64,000 nt of DNA, from the NCBI GenBank assembly GCA_002779825.1, contig PEVN01000512.1, positions 7,826 through 71,825 of the forward strand, given 5' to 3'. The notes beneath the pieces were generated by a model. The model searched no databases, was not told where the DNA came from, and saw only the letters and a program-made list of their open reading frames with translations. Position 1 is the stretch's first letter. The number at the start of each line of letters is the position of its first letter. This stretch comes from Armatimonadetes bacterium CG06_land_8_20_14_3_00_66_21 (GTDB taxonomy: Bacteria; Armatimonadota; Abditibacteriia; CG2-30-66-41). Shown here piece by piece: positions 41,738-50,032 of this stretch. The position numbers were made by a program, and so were the translations under genes.

Positions 41738-42832
41738 CTACTCGCCGTCTTCGGCTGATTCAAGCTGCGCCTGTTGCTCCCGCTTGGTGAGGAACTCGTC
41801 GAGTTCCTCCTCCTCGGTTCGCCGGCGCTTCTGCGCGGGCTCCAACTCGCCGAGTTGCTCAAGGGCAGTGCGGACCTGCTCTCTAGCGTCGTCCGGCAGT
41901 TCGGGCGCCACAGGGTCAAACGCAGCGTCGGCAGGGAGGACTCCAGTCAACTCCAGGCACCACAGGAGCCGCTGAACGTGCGCGCCCGCAGGGGGAGCAT
42001 AGATCACCCGAGACAGGGCTTCGACCGTGGGGACCAGTGCATGGAACCGATGGTACCGATTGTCCGCGTGGGTCTTGACCATCTCGGCGACGGTGTCCGT
42101 GCAGCAGGCGCCTAATTCGAGCATTGCCGCGCCTGCACCCATCATGAGGCAGTAGCTGGTGTGGCCGTTCTCCACCGTAAGAAGCGGCAGCTCCGGGAAC
42201 TCCCGGCGCAGCAGGGCAAAGGCAGCCTGGAGCCCCGCGACGGCGGGGGAAGCGGGCACCTGGAGCGCCACGACTGCTTCAGACTCCAGCACGCGACGAA
42301 TGGTCTCCGGCCCGTAGGGCGACCCAGGCTCAACCGGGGTCCCAATCCCCACGAAGAGCGGCGCGCCGAGCTTCGCGAGCTTGTCGTAGTAGTCCACGAT
42401 CACGTCGGCTTCCCGGTCGTGCCCGCGACCCACGAGGGGCGGCGCGCACCAGAGGGCATTGGCTCCTTGCTTCAGGGCACGCCTCGCCTGCTTCAGCACG
42501 TCGTCGCGGAAACGCCGCGGCCGCTCTGCCGGCGGGAGGGACTCGTAGTCGCTCACACAGCCGCCCACCGCGGCAACCACCGCTTGGTTCCCGTTTAGAC
42601 CGTCGCGCCAGGCCGTCAGCAACCCGTCCTGCTGCTCAAGCGTCAGTCGGTCAGGCCGCGAAACCTCGGCACCCACCACCACGCCGGCCACCGCGCGCTT
42701 GCTCATCCAGTCAACGTAGGCCTTCAGTGCTTCGGCCACAATCTCCCCGTCAGCCTCCCGGGGCAGCGGCACTTGGGGAAGCAGAGCGCCATCGAGAAGA
42801 CCTCGCCACTGACTTCGGTCAACTTCGCTCAT
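41738..42832 (-). CDS. DapA/class I aldolase-fold protein, probably catalytically degenerate
   Basis: Overall DHDPS layout (VPLP..DGEI..EAL..YVDW, LT.EQ, VVAAVG, GANALWCAPP, DYYDKL), but the Schiff-base Lys position reads VVALQVP. Confidence 0.65.
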   Translation of the reverse strand: MSEVDRSQWRGLLDGALLPQVPLPREADGEIVAEALKAYVDWMSKRAVAGVVVGAEVSRPDRLTLEQQDGLLTAWRDGLNGNQAVVAAVGGCVSDYESLPPAERPRRFRDDVLKQARRALKQGANALWCAPPLVGRGHDREADVIVDYYDKLAKLGAPLFVGIGTPVEPGSPYGPETIRRVLESEAVVALQVPASPAVAGLQAAFALLRREFPELPLLTVENGHTSYCLMMGAGAAMLELGACCTDTVAEMVKTHADNRYHRFHALVPTVEALSRVIYAPPAGAHVQRLLWCLELTGVLPADAAFDPVAPELPDDAREQVRTALEQLGELEPAQKRRRTEEEELDEFLTKREQQAQLESAEDGE

Positions 42833-43090
42833 TCGGTGCGAACTCTCCTTAGGGGCGTGTGGCCGCGAGTACCGAGACGGGGAACCCCGGCCCCGCGGCT
42901 CAGGCTACGCGCTGGCTTGACCAGTCTGGCGACCGTTCCCGGCCGCCCCAGAATGGGCGAGGAACCGGAATGCACCCGCTGTCTTCAGGGCGACGCAACG
43001 TTCACGCCAAGGAGGTCGACGGCCCGTGGCTTCGGTCGGCGCGGAGAGTGGCCAGGGGCCGGGTCGTTGCCCACGCCAACGCAGACCGCC

Positions 43091-45658
43091 CTACAACGCA
43101 CAGCGGAACCCGACCGGGCCGAGCTCGAACAGCGGGTTGTCCTCCACCCGAGAGGTGCACCGCCCAAACCGACAGTCTTCAGCGAACGACCCGCCGCGAA
43201 TCACCCGCCGCTGGTAGGCTCCGCGCGGCCGAATCTCGCCGCTTGCCTCCTCAGCCACAAACGGGCTTGCAGTGTATTCCCAGACGTTGCCAACCATGTC
43301 GAGGCACCCAAAAGGGCTGGCGCCCTCGGGGTAGCGCGTGACCGGCGTTGTGGCACCCAGTCCACTCTCCGCTGTGTTGCATCGCTCTGGAGCGAACTGG
43401 CTCCCCCACGGGTACGCCCTGCCGTCCACGCCCCGGGCGGCTTTCTCCCACTCCTCTTCAGTGGGCAAGCGATGGCCGAGCCACCTGCAGTAGGCCTCGG
43501 CGTCGTACCATGACACCCCGTGAGCCGGGTGGTCCGCCAGAACCTCGTCGTAGTCGCCCCCGGCCCAATGCGCGGGAGCGCCTCGGCCCGTGGCGGCGAC
43601 GAAGCGCGCATACGCTTCGTTGGTGACCGGATACCGAGCGAGGTAAAACCCCTCCGTCCGGCGCCGCCTCTGCTCGGGTTCCAAGGAGTTCTCGCCGAAG
43701 AGAAACTCGCCCGCCGGCACCCATAGGTAGCCGTGGGCGGCCAGCAGTTCGCGGTGGCTATCCTTGCTGAGACGGCCCAGAGCACCGATGGTCCACGCGA
43801 CCCCGAAGTCGTCGTCTTCCAGCTCTTTCAAGAGGCTTAGGAGCGCGTCCACCGCGGGTGCGCCCGGGCAGGTCTCAAACGCCTGCACCGAGGCAACCAG
43901 CGACCCGCGGTCCAACTCAGCAGACCGCGCCTGCTCCAGCAGCCGATGGGCGCTAGCCAGCCGGCGGCGCGGCGTGCACTCACGTAGCCGTTCCAGGGCG
44001 GCCTCCCGGATGATCTCGTCTTCACTTCCCAGCGCCTGAACGAGTTCCTCGTCCGCTTCCAGGCTTCGCTGCTCGCCGCCGAGCAACGAGCTGTCCGTCG
44101 TCGAGGACAGATAGCGGTACGGCGCGAGATCGGCCCCGCCGAAGAGCGGCTCAATGGAGAGGAAGTCGAGCAGATCGTGCTTGTCCTGGTGCTGCTGAAG
44201 CATCGGGGATGACTCGACCAGGGCCTGCCGGTGTGCCCCATCCACCGCCGCGGCGAGTTCTTCCAGCCGCCGCAGCAAGCCGGGGAAACGCGCCACCTGC
44301 GCGAACTCAGCCGGCCAGGCTCGCCCCAGCACAAGCCACTTGGCCAACAGCGCCTCCTCTAGCCCCGGACTGGCTGGATTGAGCAGTCCGGCTTGGGCCG
44401 CGAGGTGCTTCTGAAGACTGAACTCATTCAGGAACTGCTTCACTCGCCGGGGGTTATTGTTCAGACCCTCGGCGATGATATCAACAAAGTGCTCCAGACC
44501 GGGTTCGCACTCGAGCCCGGTAACCAAGTTGGCGATCTGCACTCGGTTGGCCGTGGGGAGGTTGAACTGAAGCTGGACGATCTTGTCGAGGTAGTCCTTC
44601 TCTGTCCCGACGCTCTCCTGCGACGTCGGGTGCAGCGTCTGATAGACCACCTGGATGCCGCGCTGGATCAGCTCCCGGTCCGCCCCAATCACGAAAACGC
44701 ACCGCGGCACGCTAAGCACGAGCTTCAAATCCTCCAGTAGCTCGATCACCCGCTCCGGCAAGCACCGATCCAGATCGTCTACAAACACGACCAACCGGCC
44801 GGCCGGGCCCACGATCTGCAGCACCAGCTCCTCCAGAACGTCGCGGAATACGTGATAGTCATTGCTTCGAAGCAGCGCGCGCCCCTGGGAGGGGTCCTGG
44901 ATGAGCGCCGTCCGCTGGAGATCAGCGCCCATGGACGCCAGGGCCGAAGTCATGGCGTACGGCAGGCCCTTCTGGGGCTTCTCGTCTCCGCCTTGAATGG
45001 CAAGAGTGCGCTCGAATGCCGCGACCAGTGGCGCCGCAATGGAGGCGTCCCGGTAGTGTTCCCATGGGTTGAACCAGATCGCGCGGAAGTGCTGTTGACG
45101 CAGTTCGTACTGGATCAGCCGCATCAGGCTGGTCTTACCGCTTCCCCACGGGCCGTAGATCCCGACGGTCACCGGCGTATTGGTCTTCGGGTGGGCGATG
45201 AACCCGGCGATACTGCCGGCAAACGGTCTGAACCCAAGGAGGTCTTGCTCAGGCTGCCCGATGGGCTCATCCGCCAGCACTCCTTGCTGGAATGATGCCG
45301 CCCCCAAGTGCCCCAGCGCCGCGGGCCCTGCTTCAGAAGGTCGCAGCACGCCGACCGCCTGCTCTGACCCACCAGGCACCCCGGCGGCGGGCACTTCCGG
45401 CGGCGGAGCCACCGCGGGCTCCGGCGCGCGCCCCTCGCCCGCCGACGACTGTGGCGGCGGCGGCTCACCAAGAGCGCCCGGCGTTCCGTCGGACACTGGC
45501 AGCCCTGCCCCGCGAGGTCTCATCGGATCCATTCCCGCGATCCCCCGGGCGCGGCTCAGTGCCGCCAGCAGCGACGACGCGTCGGGGCGCAGTGCCCCGG
45601 GCGGCGGAACCTCCGGCGAAGCGTTCGAGAGGTCGGTGTTGTCAGCTTCTGGGCTCAC
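43091..45658 (-). CDS. KAP-family P-loop NTPase fused to HEAT repeats and an FGE-sulfatase (SUMF1/CLec-fold) domain
   Basis: Walker A GPWGSGKTS, FNPW, Walker B VVFVDDLDRC, YLDKIVQ and NPRRVKQFLN. C-terminal PVTNEAY, VSWYDA, RLPTEEEWEKAARG, GNVWEY, RGGSF and GFRC. Start uncertain because the N-terminus is low complexity. Confidence 0.88.
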   Translation of the reverse strand: MSPEADNTDLSNASPEVPPPGALRPDASSLLAALSRARGIAGMDPMRPRGAGLPVSDGTPGALGEPPPPQSSAGEGRAPEPAVAPPPEVPAAGVPGGSEQAVGVLRPSEAGPAALGHLGAASFQQGVLADEPIGQPEQDLLGFRPFAGSIAGFIAHPKTNTPVTVGIYGPWGSGKTSLMRLIQYELRQQHFRAIWFNPWEHYRDASIAAPLVAAFERTLAIQGGDEKPQKGLPYAMTSALASMGADLQRTALIQDPSQGRALLRSNDYHVFRDVLEELVLQIVGPAGRLVVFVDDLDRCLPERVIELLEDLKLVLSVPRCVFVIGADRELIQRGIQVVYQTLHPTSQESVGTEKDYLDKIVQLQFNLPTANRVQIANLVTGLECEPGLEHFVDIIAEGLNNNPRRVKQFLNEFSLQKHLAAQAGLLNPASPGLEEALLAKWLVLGRAWPAEFAQVARFPGLLRRLEELAAAVDGAHRQALVESSPMLQQHQDKHDLLDFLSIEPLFGGADLAPYRYLSSTTDSSLLGGEQRSLEADEELVQALGSEDEIIREAALERLRECTPRRRLASAHRLLEQARSAELDRGSLVASVQAFETCPGAPAVDALLSLLKELEDDDFGVAWTIGALGRLSKDSHRELLAAHGYLWVPAGEFLFGENSLEPEQRRRRTEGFYLARYPVTNEAYARFVAATGRGAPAHWAGGDYDEVLADHPAHGVSWYDAEAYCRWLGHRLPTEEEWEKAARGVDGRAYPWGSQFAPERCNTAESGLGATTPVTRYPEGASPFGCLDMVGNVWEYTASPFVAEEASGEIRPRGAYQRRVIRGGSFAEDCRFGRCTSRVEDNPLFELGPVGFRCAL

Positions 45659-45718
45659 TGTGAGTTGTGGACGGTCACCGGCCTGCCAGCCGCCGGCTCC
45701 GTCCCTTCTCCTTATACT

Positions 45719-45855
45719 CGCGAAGGTTAAGAACACACCGAAGTGGAAGTTCGCGGAACTTCCCCGGCAGGCGTGCAGCAGACGTAGGACAGAGGGTATT
45801 CTCCCAGACGGAGCCGAAGTCGCACCGGGACTTCGGTGTGTTCTTAACCTTCGCG
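45719..45855. repeat. 137-bp element bounded by a perfect 26-bp inverted repeat
   Basis: cgcgaaggttaagaacacaccgaagt (45719-45744) and its exact reverse complement (45830-45855). Confidence 0.92.
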
Positions 45856-45936
45856 GATATAGCACGCCCCGAACGTCTCGGTATGCGCGTCCCTACAAGT
45901 GTTGCGCGACGCGGGGCTCTCGTCCGCTGGACCCGG

Positions 45937-48789
45937 CTACAGGGCCGGTGCCTGGGCCGCTATGGTCTTGGCGCGCACGGGAGGCGGAGACTGGACTTCC
46001 TGCCGCAAGGCCAGCAGCAGCCGGACGCAGTCCCAACGCAGTTCTTGCAGCCTCTTGGCACGAAGCGTGCTCAGCATGGCGCCGTGGTCTAACTGGATCG
46101 TGGCGCGGAGTTGCGCCAGGAACGCAGTCGCCGTCTCACGGGCGGGGCCCGTCTGCGGGTCGGCCGCGGCTACGCTCTGCGCCAGGGATCGCTCCAGCAG
46201 CAGGACATAGCGCAGATCGTCAATGCCCTCGCGGGCGGCTTCCCACTGAACAGTGGGAAGCGGGCCCTCCTGAGTCGGGTACGTGAGCAGTCGGCACCGC
46301 GCCCCTACCTCAGTCTCGGCATAGGGGCTGTCCGTTGCGGCGAGGTCCTGGTAGTCGGACGCCAGCGCCCCCTGGAAGCCTGACTTGAAGAGGTAATACC
46401 CGCAGAACAGCCGGTTGACGTTCGGGTCTTCCTGCGTGCAGTCCCAGGTGTACAGCTCGCGGGCACGACGCGGCTTCGCGCCGGCAACCAGAGACTTCGC
46501 GTATACCACAAATCCGGGGTCGTCCACCGAGTAGACCGGGAGGTCGACGGGATGGCTCGTCTCCGCCGCGTCCGCGAGAGTCACCAATCCGGTGGTGGCG
46601 CCTTGGGTCTCCCGGACGAAGCCGAGCGACTCTATCGCGGCCGGGGCGTGCGCTTCCATCCCCAACTCGGGAGGACCGAACAGGAGCGTCCAGCCAGGTC
46701 CCTTGGACACGGCGCGGCGCACCTCTCGCGCCTTCTGGGCGCTCGGCATCTGGGGGAAGTAGGGGAACAGCCCGGACATTCCGAGCCGCCAGCGAACGTC
46801 GAGGCATGCCTCCAGCCGGTCCCCTTGCTCGACCGCAGCCACGTAGCGGAAGCCGTGGTCAAGGATGTCCCTCAGCTCGCGAGCGTACAACTCCTCAGTG
46901 CGCGCCAAGGGCCCGGTGTCGCTGCTGAGAACGGCCCGATGCCCCAGCACGAGCCACCGGGGGGCGGGAGGAAGAACGAAGGGCAGCACGCGCACCTGCA
47001 ACGCGATGGAGGCCGACGCCCCGTGCCCAGGTTGCACGGTCACGTTGCCGACATACACGCCGGGGGCGGCCTTCTCCGGAATCTGCACCGTCAGCCACAC
47101 CTGTTTCGAGGTCCCACCCGGGACGTCAGTGACAACCGGAGCGTCCCCCGGCAAGGAGGGAAGCCCACCCGCCAAGTCGACGCGGTCATCGCGCATCAGC
47201 AGCTCTGGCACCGTTTCCGCTCGATCGCCCTTTGCACCGGTCAGAAGCTGCGGCCAGCATTTCACAATCCGGGCAGAAAGGTACCGTTGGGGGATCACTC
47301 CATTCTCCCCGACGAGGTCGGAGAGCTGGATCGCCACCTCGGTCAGGTCGCCGATCGCGGAGAGCACAAACGACGCCGGCTCGCGTTCCCCCCGGCAGCC
47401 GGACACGTGCATGGGCTGCCCAACCGCCTCGGTCTGGGGCGGCGTGTCATACAGAAGCCGCTCGAATGGATATACCGGAAACAGCACGTATGAGCTTCCG
47501 CCCACCAGCTTCGAGGGGGCGAGGGAGGGAGTCAGCTCGGAAGGCCCTGCGAGCGCCGTCGACGGACCCGCAGGGCCGGCTGCCGCGAGGGCGGTGAGCC
47601 TGTCGTTTAGGGATTCCCACCGCTCAACCGAGGGCTGCTCGAGCGCGTCGATTCCCTGCTCGACGGCCGTGAGTCGCCGCAATTGCTCCTGCAGCGCGGT
47701 GGCCGACTCCGGTGTTGCGCCGCCCAGAGCGGCGACAAACCGGTCTCGGAGCCAGTCCACCCGCGGAAGCAGGAAGCGGGGGCGCAGTTCAAGCCTTGGC
47801 GTCACGAGAAACGTGCCCGGTCCGGCCGGCGCCGACGCTTCCAAGCGCAGCGCTTGAGGCGCCCGGAGCTGCTTCCGGTATGACAGAGAGACCGGCCGGA
47901 CAGCGAAGGAGTCCAGCTCGAGCCGTTGCTGCAGCACCGCGACATCGCCGGCAGCATCGACGACGTTGGCCCGAACCGTGACCTGCACAGGCAGCGCTCC
48001 AGGGTTGTACACCTCGCCACGCACCACCGCGCCGCCCACCAGCTCACCGAACTCGTCGCCGAGAGACTCCCAGGCAAACGTCGGCACGGTCCCGCCAAAG
48101 AGGAGTGTCCCGAGCTGGTCCGGGGCCAAGAACGAGCCCCGGGCGCCGCTCCAACTGGAGCGCTCCTCACCTTGGGCACGACAGCGGCAGAGATTGGCCG
48201 ACCAGCGGTCGCCGAAAGCCGGAGACCCGCCAAGCGCCGCGAAAGGAAGCCGGAGTTCTGCTTCCCAGAACGCTTCCGAGATCGAGGTTTGGACTGTGGC
48301 GCGGGAGTCCCAGCCAGCGGGCGCGCCCCTCGCCGCCTCATCGTAGAGCGCGCCGATCACGTTGACGATCAGGTGGTAGACAGGCCCCTCGCGGGTGCGG
48401 GCGAGGAGCAACTCGAGGCAGTCGTCAGCCCCGATGCCTGCAGCGTCGCGTCTGCTGGTCAGCCCTGCCACCTTTGCCATCTCCGGCTCGTCACACCGGA
48501 CACCCACGTAGAGGCACTCGTCATCCCACAGCAAGCGGCCGTGCGTGGCGGCAGCAGCCTGGTACCCCTCGGTGAGCCGCGAGAAGAACTCGACCCGCGG
48601 CGCATTTCGCCAGACCGCCTCCGTCAGGAGCCCGTCGACGGAGGGAGCGGCTGACGTGTGTGCCGCATACGTTAGCGCCCGTTCCGCAGCTTGGGCGCCG
48701 GGGAAGGCGTCGGCCGCCAGCAGCAAAGTCGCCAGTGCCAAGCCGGATCGACGGGCCGGCGAGTGGACTCGGACTACCAGGACGAACAC
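45937..48789 (-). CDS. Secreted CBM9-like sugar-binding plus glycoside-hydrolase-like (DUF4091/GH123-like) protein
   Basis: Signal peptide and PSVDGLLTEAVW..LWDDECLYVG..WEAELRLPF (CBM9-like). GEREPASF, KQVWLTVQIP..PGVYVG and WEAAREGIDDLRY in the remainder. Confidence 0.65.
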   Translation of the reverse strand: MFVLVVRVHSPARRSGLALATLLLAADAFPGAQAAERALTYAAHTSAAPSVDGLLTEAVWRNAPRVEFFSRLTEGYQAAAATHGRLLWDDECLYVGVRCDEPEMAKVAGLTSRRDAAGIGADDCLELLLARTREGPVYHLIVNVIGALYDEAARGAPAGWDSRATVQTSISEAFWEAELRLPFAALGGSPAFGDRWSANLCRCRAQGEERSSWSGARGSFLAPDQLGTLLFGGTVPTFAWESLGDEFGELVGGAVVRGEVYNPGALPVQVTVRANVVDAAGDVAVLQQRLELDSFAVRPVSLSYRKQLRAPQALRLEASAPAGPGTFLVTPRLELRPRFLLPRVDWLRDRFVAALGGATPESATALQEQLRRLTAVEQGIDALEQPSVERWESLNDRLTALAAAGPAGPSTALAGPSELTPSLAPSKLVGGSSYVLFPVYPFERLLYDTPPQTEAVGQPMHVSGCRGEREPASFVLSAIGDLTEVAIQLSDLVGENGVIPQRYLSARIVKCWPQLLTGAKGDRAETVPELLMRDDRVDLAGGLPSLPGDAPVVTDVPGGTSKQVWLTVQIPEKAAPGVYVGNVTVQPGHGASASIALQVRVLPFVLPPAPRWLVLGHRAVLSSDTGPLARTEELYARELRDILDHGFRYVAAVEQGDRLEACLDVRWRLGMSGLFPYFPQMPSAQKAREVRRAVSKGPGWTLLFGPPELGMEAHAPAAIESLGFVRETQGATTGLVTLADAAETSHPVDLPVYSVDDPGFVVYAKSLVAGAKPRRARELYTWDCTQEDPNVNRLFCGYYLFKSGFQGALASDYQDLAATDSPYAETEVGARCRLLTYPTQEGPLPTVQWEAAREGIDDLRYVLLLERSLAQSVAAADPQTGPARETATAFLAQLRATIQLDHGAMLSTLRAKRLQELRWDCVRLLLALRQEVQSPPPVRAKTIAAQAPAL

Positions 48790-48952
48790 CTCCGCTGTGT
48801 GCGCGTAGCTCTTGGGGACGGTACAGGGCAGGCGCCCGCTGGGTTAGCCTGGGAGCACCCGGGTCTGGTGCCTGCGCCAGTTGAGGGCCCTTACCACCGC
48901 GTCAGTATATCACGCCCCTCCGCGGCGAGCAAACGACGGCCCGCGGCGGGTG

Positions 48953-49513
48953 TCAGGGGGTCGGCTTCTGCATTGCTTCGGCTTTGGCGACCAACTGCCG
49001 GAGCGCTTCCGCCACAGCGAGCACGCGGTCGCCGGGCATCCCGGGCAGGTCTTCGGGCACGATCTTCCCCATCCGCCCGCGCACACCCACCTCGGGCTTG
49101 CCTCCGAGTGTCCGCACCATGAACTGCAGCTTGCCCAGAGCTCCCACGCTCTGGTGCTTGACCTCCGCAATACTCAGGTACGGCAGCTCTCGACAGGCGG
49201 CCCGGGAGTAGGCTCCAGTCAACGTCCCCGCCCGGAGGACGAGAACGCGCCGGTTGGTGGCGGCGAACCCGAGCGTTCCCGTTTGGTTCTGCAAGGAGAC
49301 CAACACGCGTTCCTTCTCCTTCAGCTCTCCCCTCAGCGCTTCGAGAAGCCCGCCGGTCAGCGGGTGCGCCACCGGCGTGTCGAACCGCACCTGCGGCCCT
49401 TGGGACTGCGAGTCGTCCTGCTCCTGGGGCTTGAGGGTTGCGCCACAGGCCGGACAGAAAGGTTCGGTGGCAAACGCTGATTCGCCGCACTCAGGGCATT
49501 TCAGGCGTTCCAT
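48953..49513 (-). CDS. Zinc-ribbon plus bacterial PH-domain protein
   Basis: CPECG...FCPACG, followed by LKEKERVL...FAATNRRVLVL...LPYLSIAEV. Confidence 0.65.
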   Translation of the reverse strand: MERLKCPECGESAFATEPFCPACGATLKPQEQDDSQSQGPQVRFDTPVAHPLTGGLLEALRGELKEKERVLVSLQNQTGTLGFAATNRRVLVLRAGTLTGAYSRAACRELPYLSIAEVKHQSVGALGKLQFMVRTLGGKPEVGVRGRMGKIVPEDLPGMPGDRVLAVAEALRQLVAKAEAMQKPTP

Positions 49514-49685
49514 GGTCTTCTTCCTCCTGACGTGAGGGCGGGCGACGCGAAGTCCCGCAAGGCAAGGGCAATTCGGAAAGGCGCGCGCAGCACCTCGGCC
49601 GGCGCCCAGGTTGGCGCAACTCCGGTCTGTCGAGCGGAGAACCAGACGCGGGGAGGCAGCCTCCTGGGGTCCAGCTCACATACAG

Positions 49686-49714
49686 TTTACACCAGCCTCG
49701 GCATGTGCTATACT
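49686..49714 (+). promoter_or_regulatory. Sigma70-type promoter of the flp pilin gene
   Basis: TTTACA-17 bp-TATACT, with an extended -10 TG. Confidence 0.7.
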
Positions 49715-49777
49715 CCCTGCGTTCCGTTGGCGGCGCAGGCCGCCAAGTCCAGTCTGCCAAGGAAGGGAGGTGCACGC

Positions 49778-49942
49778 ATGATCAAGAGACTCCTTGTGGA
49801 GGAGGAGGGACAGACGCTCGTCGAGTACGGGCTGCTGGTTTCCCTGATCGCGTTGGTGGTGATCGCTATCCTGACGGTGTTGGGACGGAAGATCCGCAAC
49901 CTGTTCGTCACCGTCAACTCCAACATCACCAGTAGCACCTGA
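49778..49942 (+). CDS. flp: Flp family type IVb pilin
   Basis: MIKRLLVEEEG|QTLVEYGLLVSLIALVVIAIL: G/xxxxEY motif plus hydrophobic helix. GGAGG RBS. Confidence 0.95.
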   Translation: MIKRLLVEEEGQTLVEYGLLVSLIALVVIAILTVLGRKIRNLFVTVNSNITSST

Positions 49943-49979
49943 TCACGTGCGTGACTCAGTGGTCTACGCTTGCCGTTTG

Positions 49980-50016
49980 GGCCCGCCGACGTCCCCTCGT
50001 GGACCGGCGGGCTTTT
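49980..50016 (+). terminator. Intrinsic terminator after flp
   Basis: gcccgccg...cggcgggc stem followed by tttt. Confidence 0.7.
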
Positions 50017-50032
50017 GTCTGCCGAAGCGGTT

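Noticed and set aside
42833-43090. Possible riboswitch upstream of the DapA-like gene
   Set aside because: Some GC pairing and a partial resemblance to ZTP-type motifs, but the conserved core was not found. An Rfam scan would settle it.
43091-43260. Diversity-generating retroelement target (CLec/FGE C-terminus as variable region)
   Set aside because: I saw no template-repeat copy of this segment and no reverse transcriptase in the window. A remote DGR cannot be excluded.
45719-45855. Retron msr-msd or dif site
   Set aside because: No RT gene is adjacent, and the sequence does not match the XerC-6bp-XerD layout.
45659-45865. N-terminal extension of the KAP ORF through the inverted repeat
   Set aside because: The frame is open, but the peptide just translates the repeat arms (RRLRTHRS / FGVFLTFA appear on both strands), so it is more likely non-coding.
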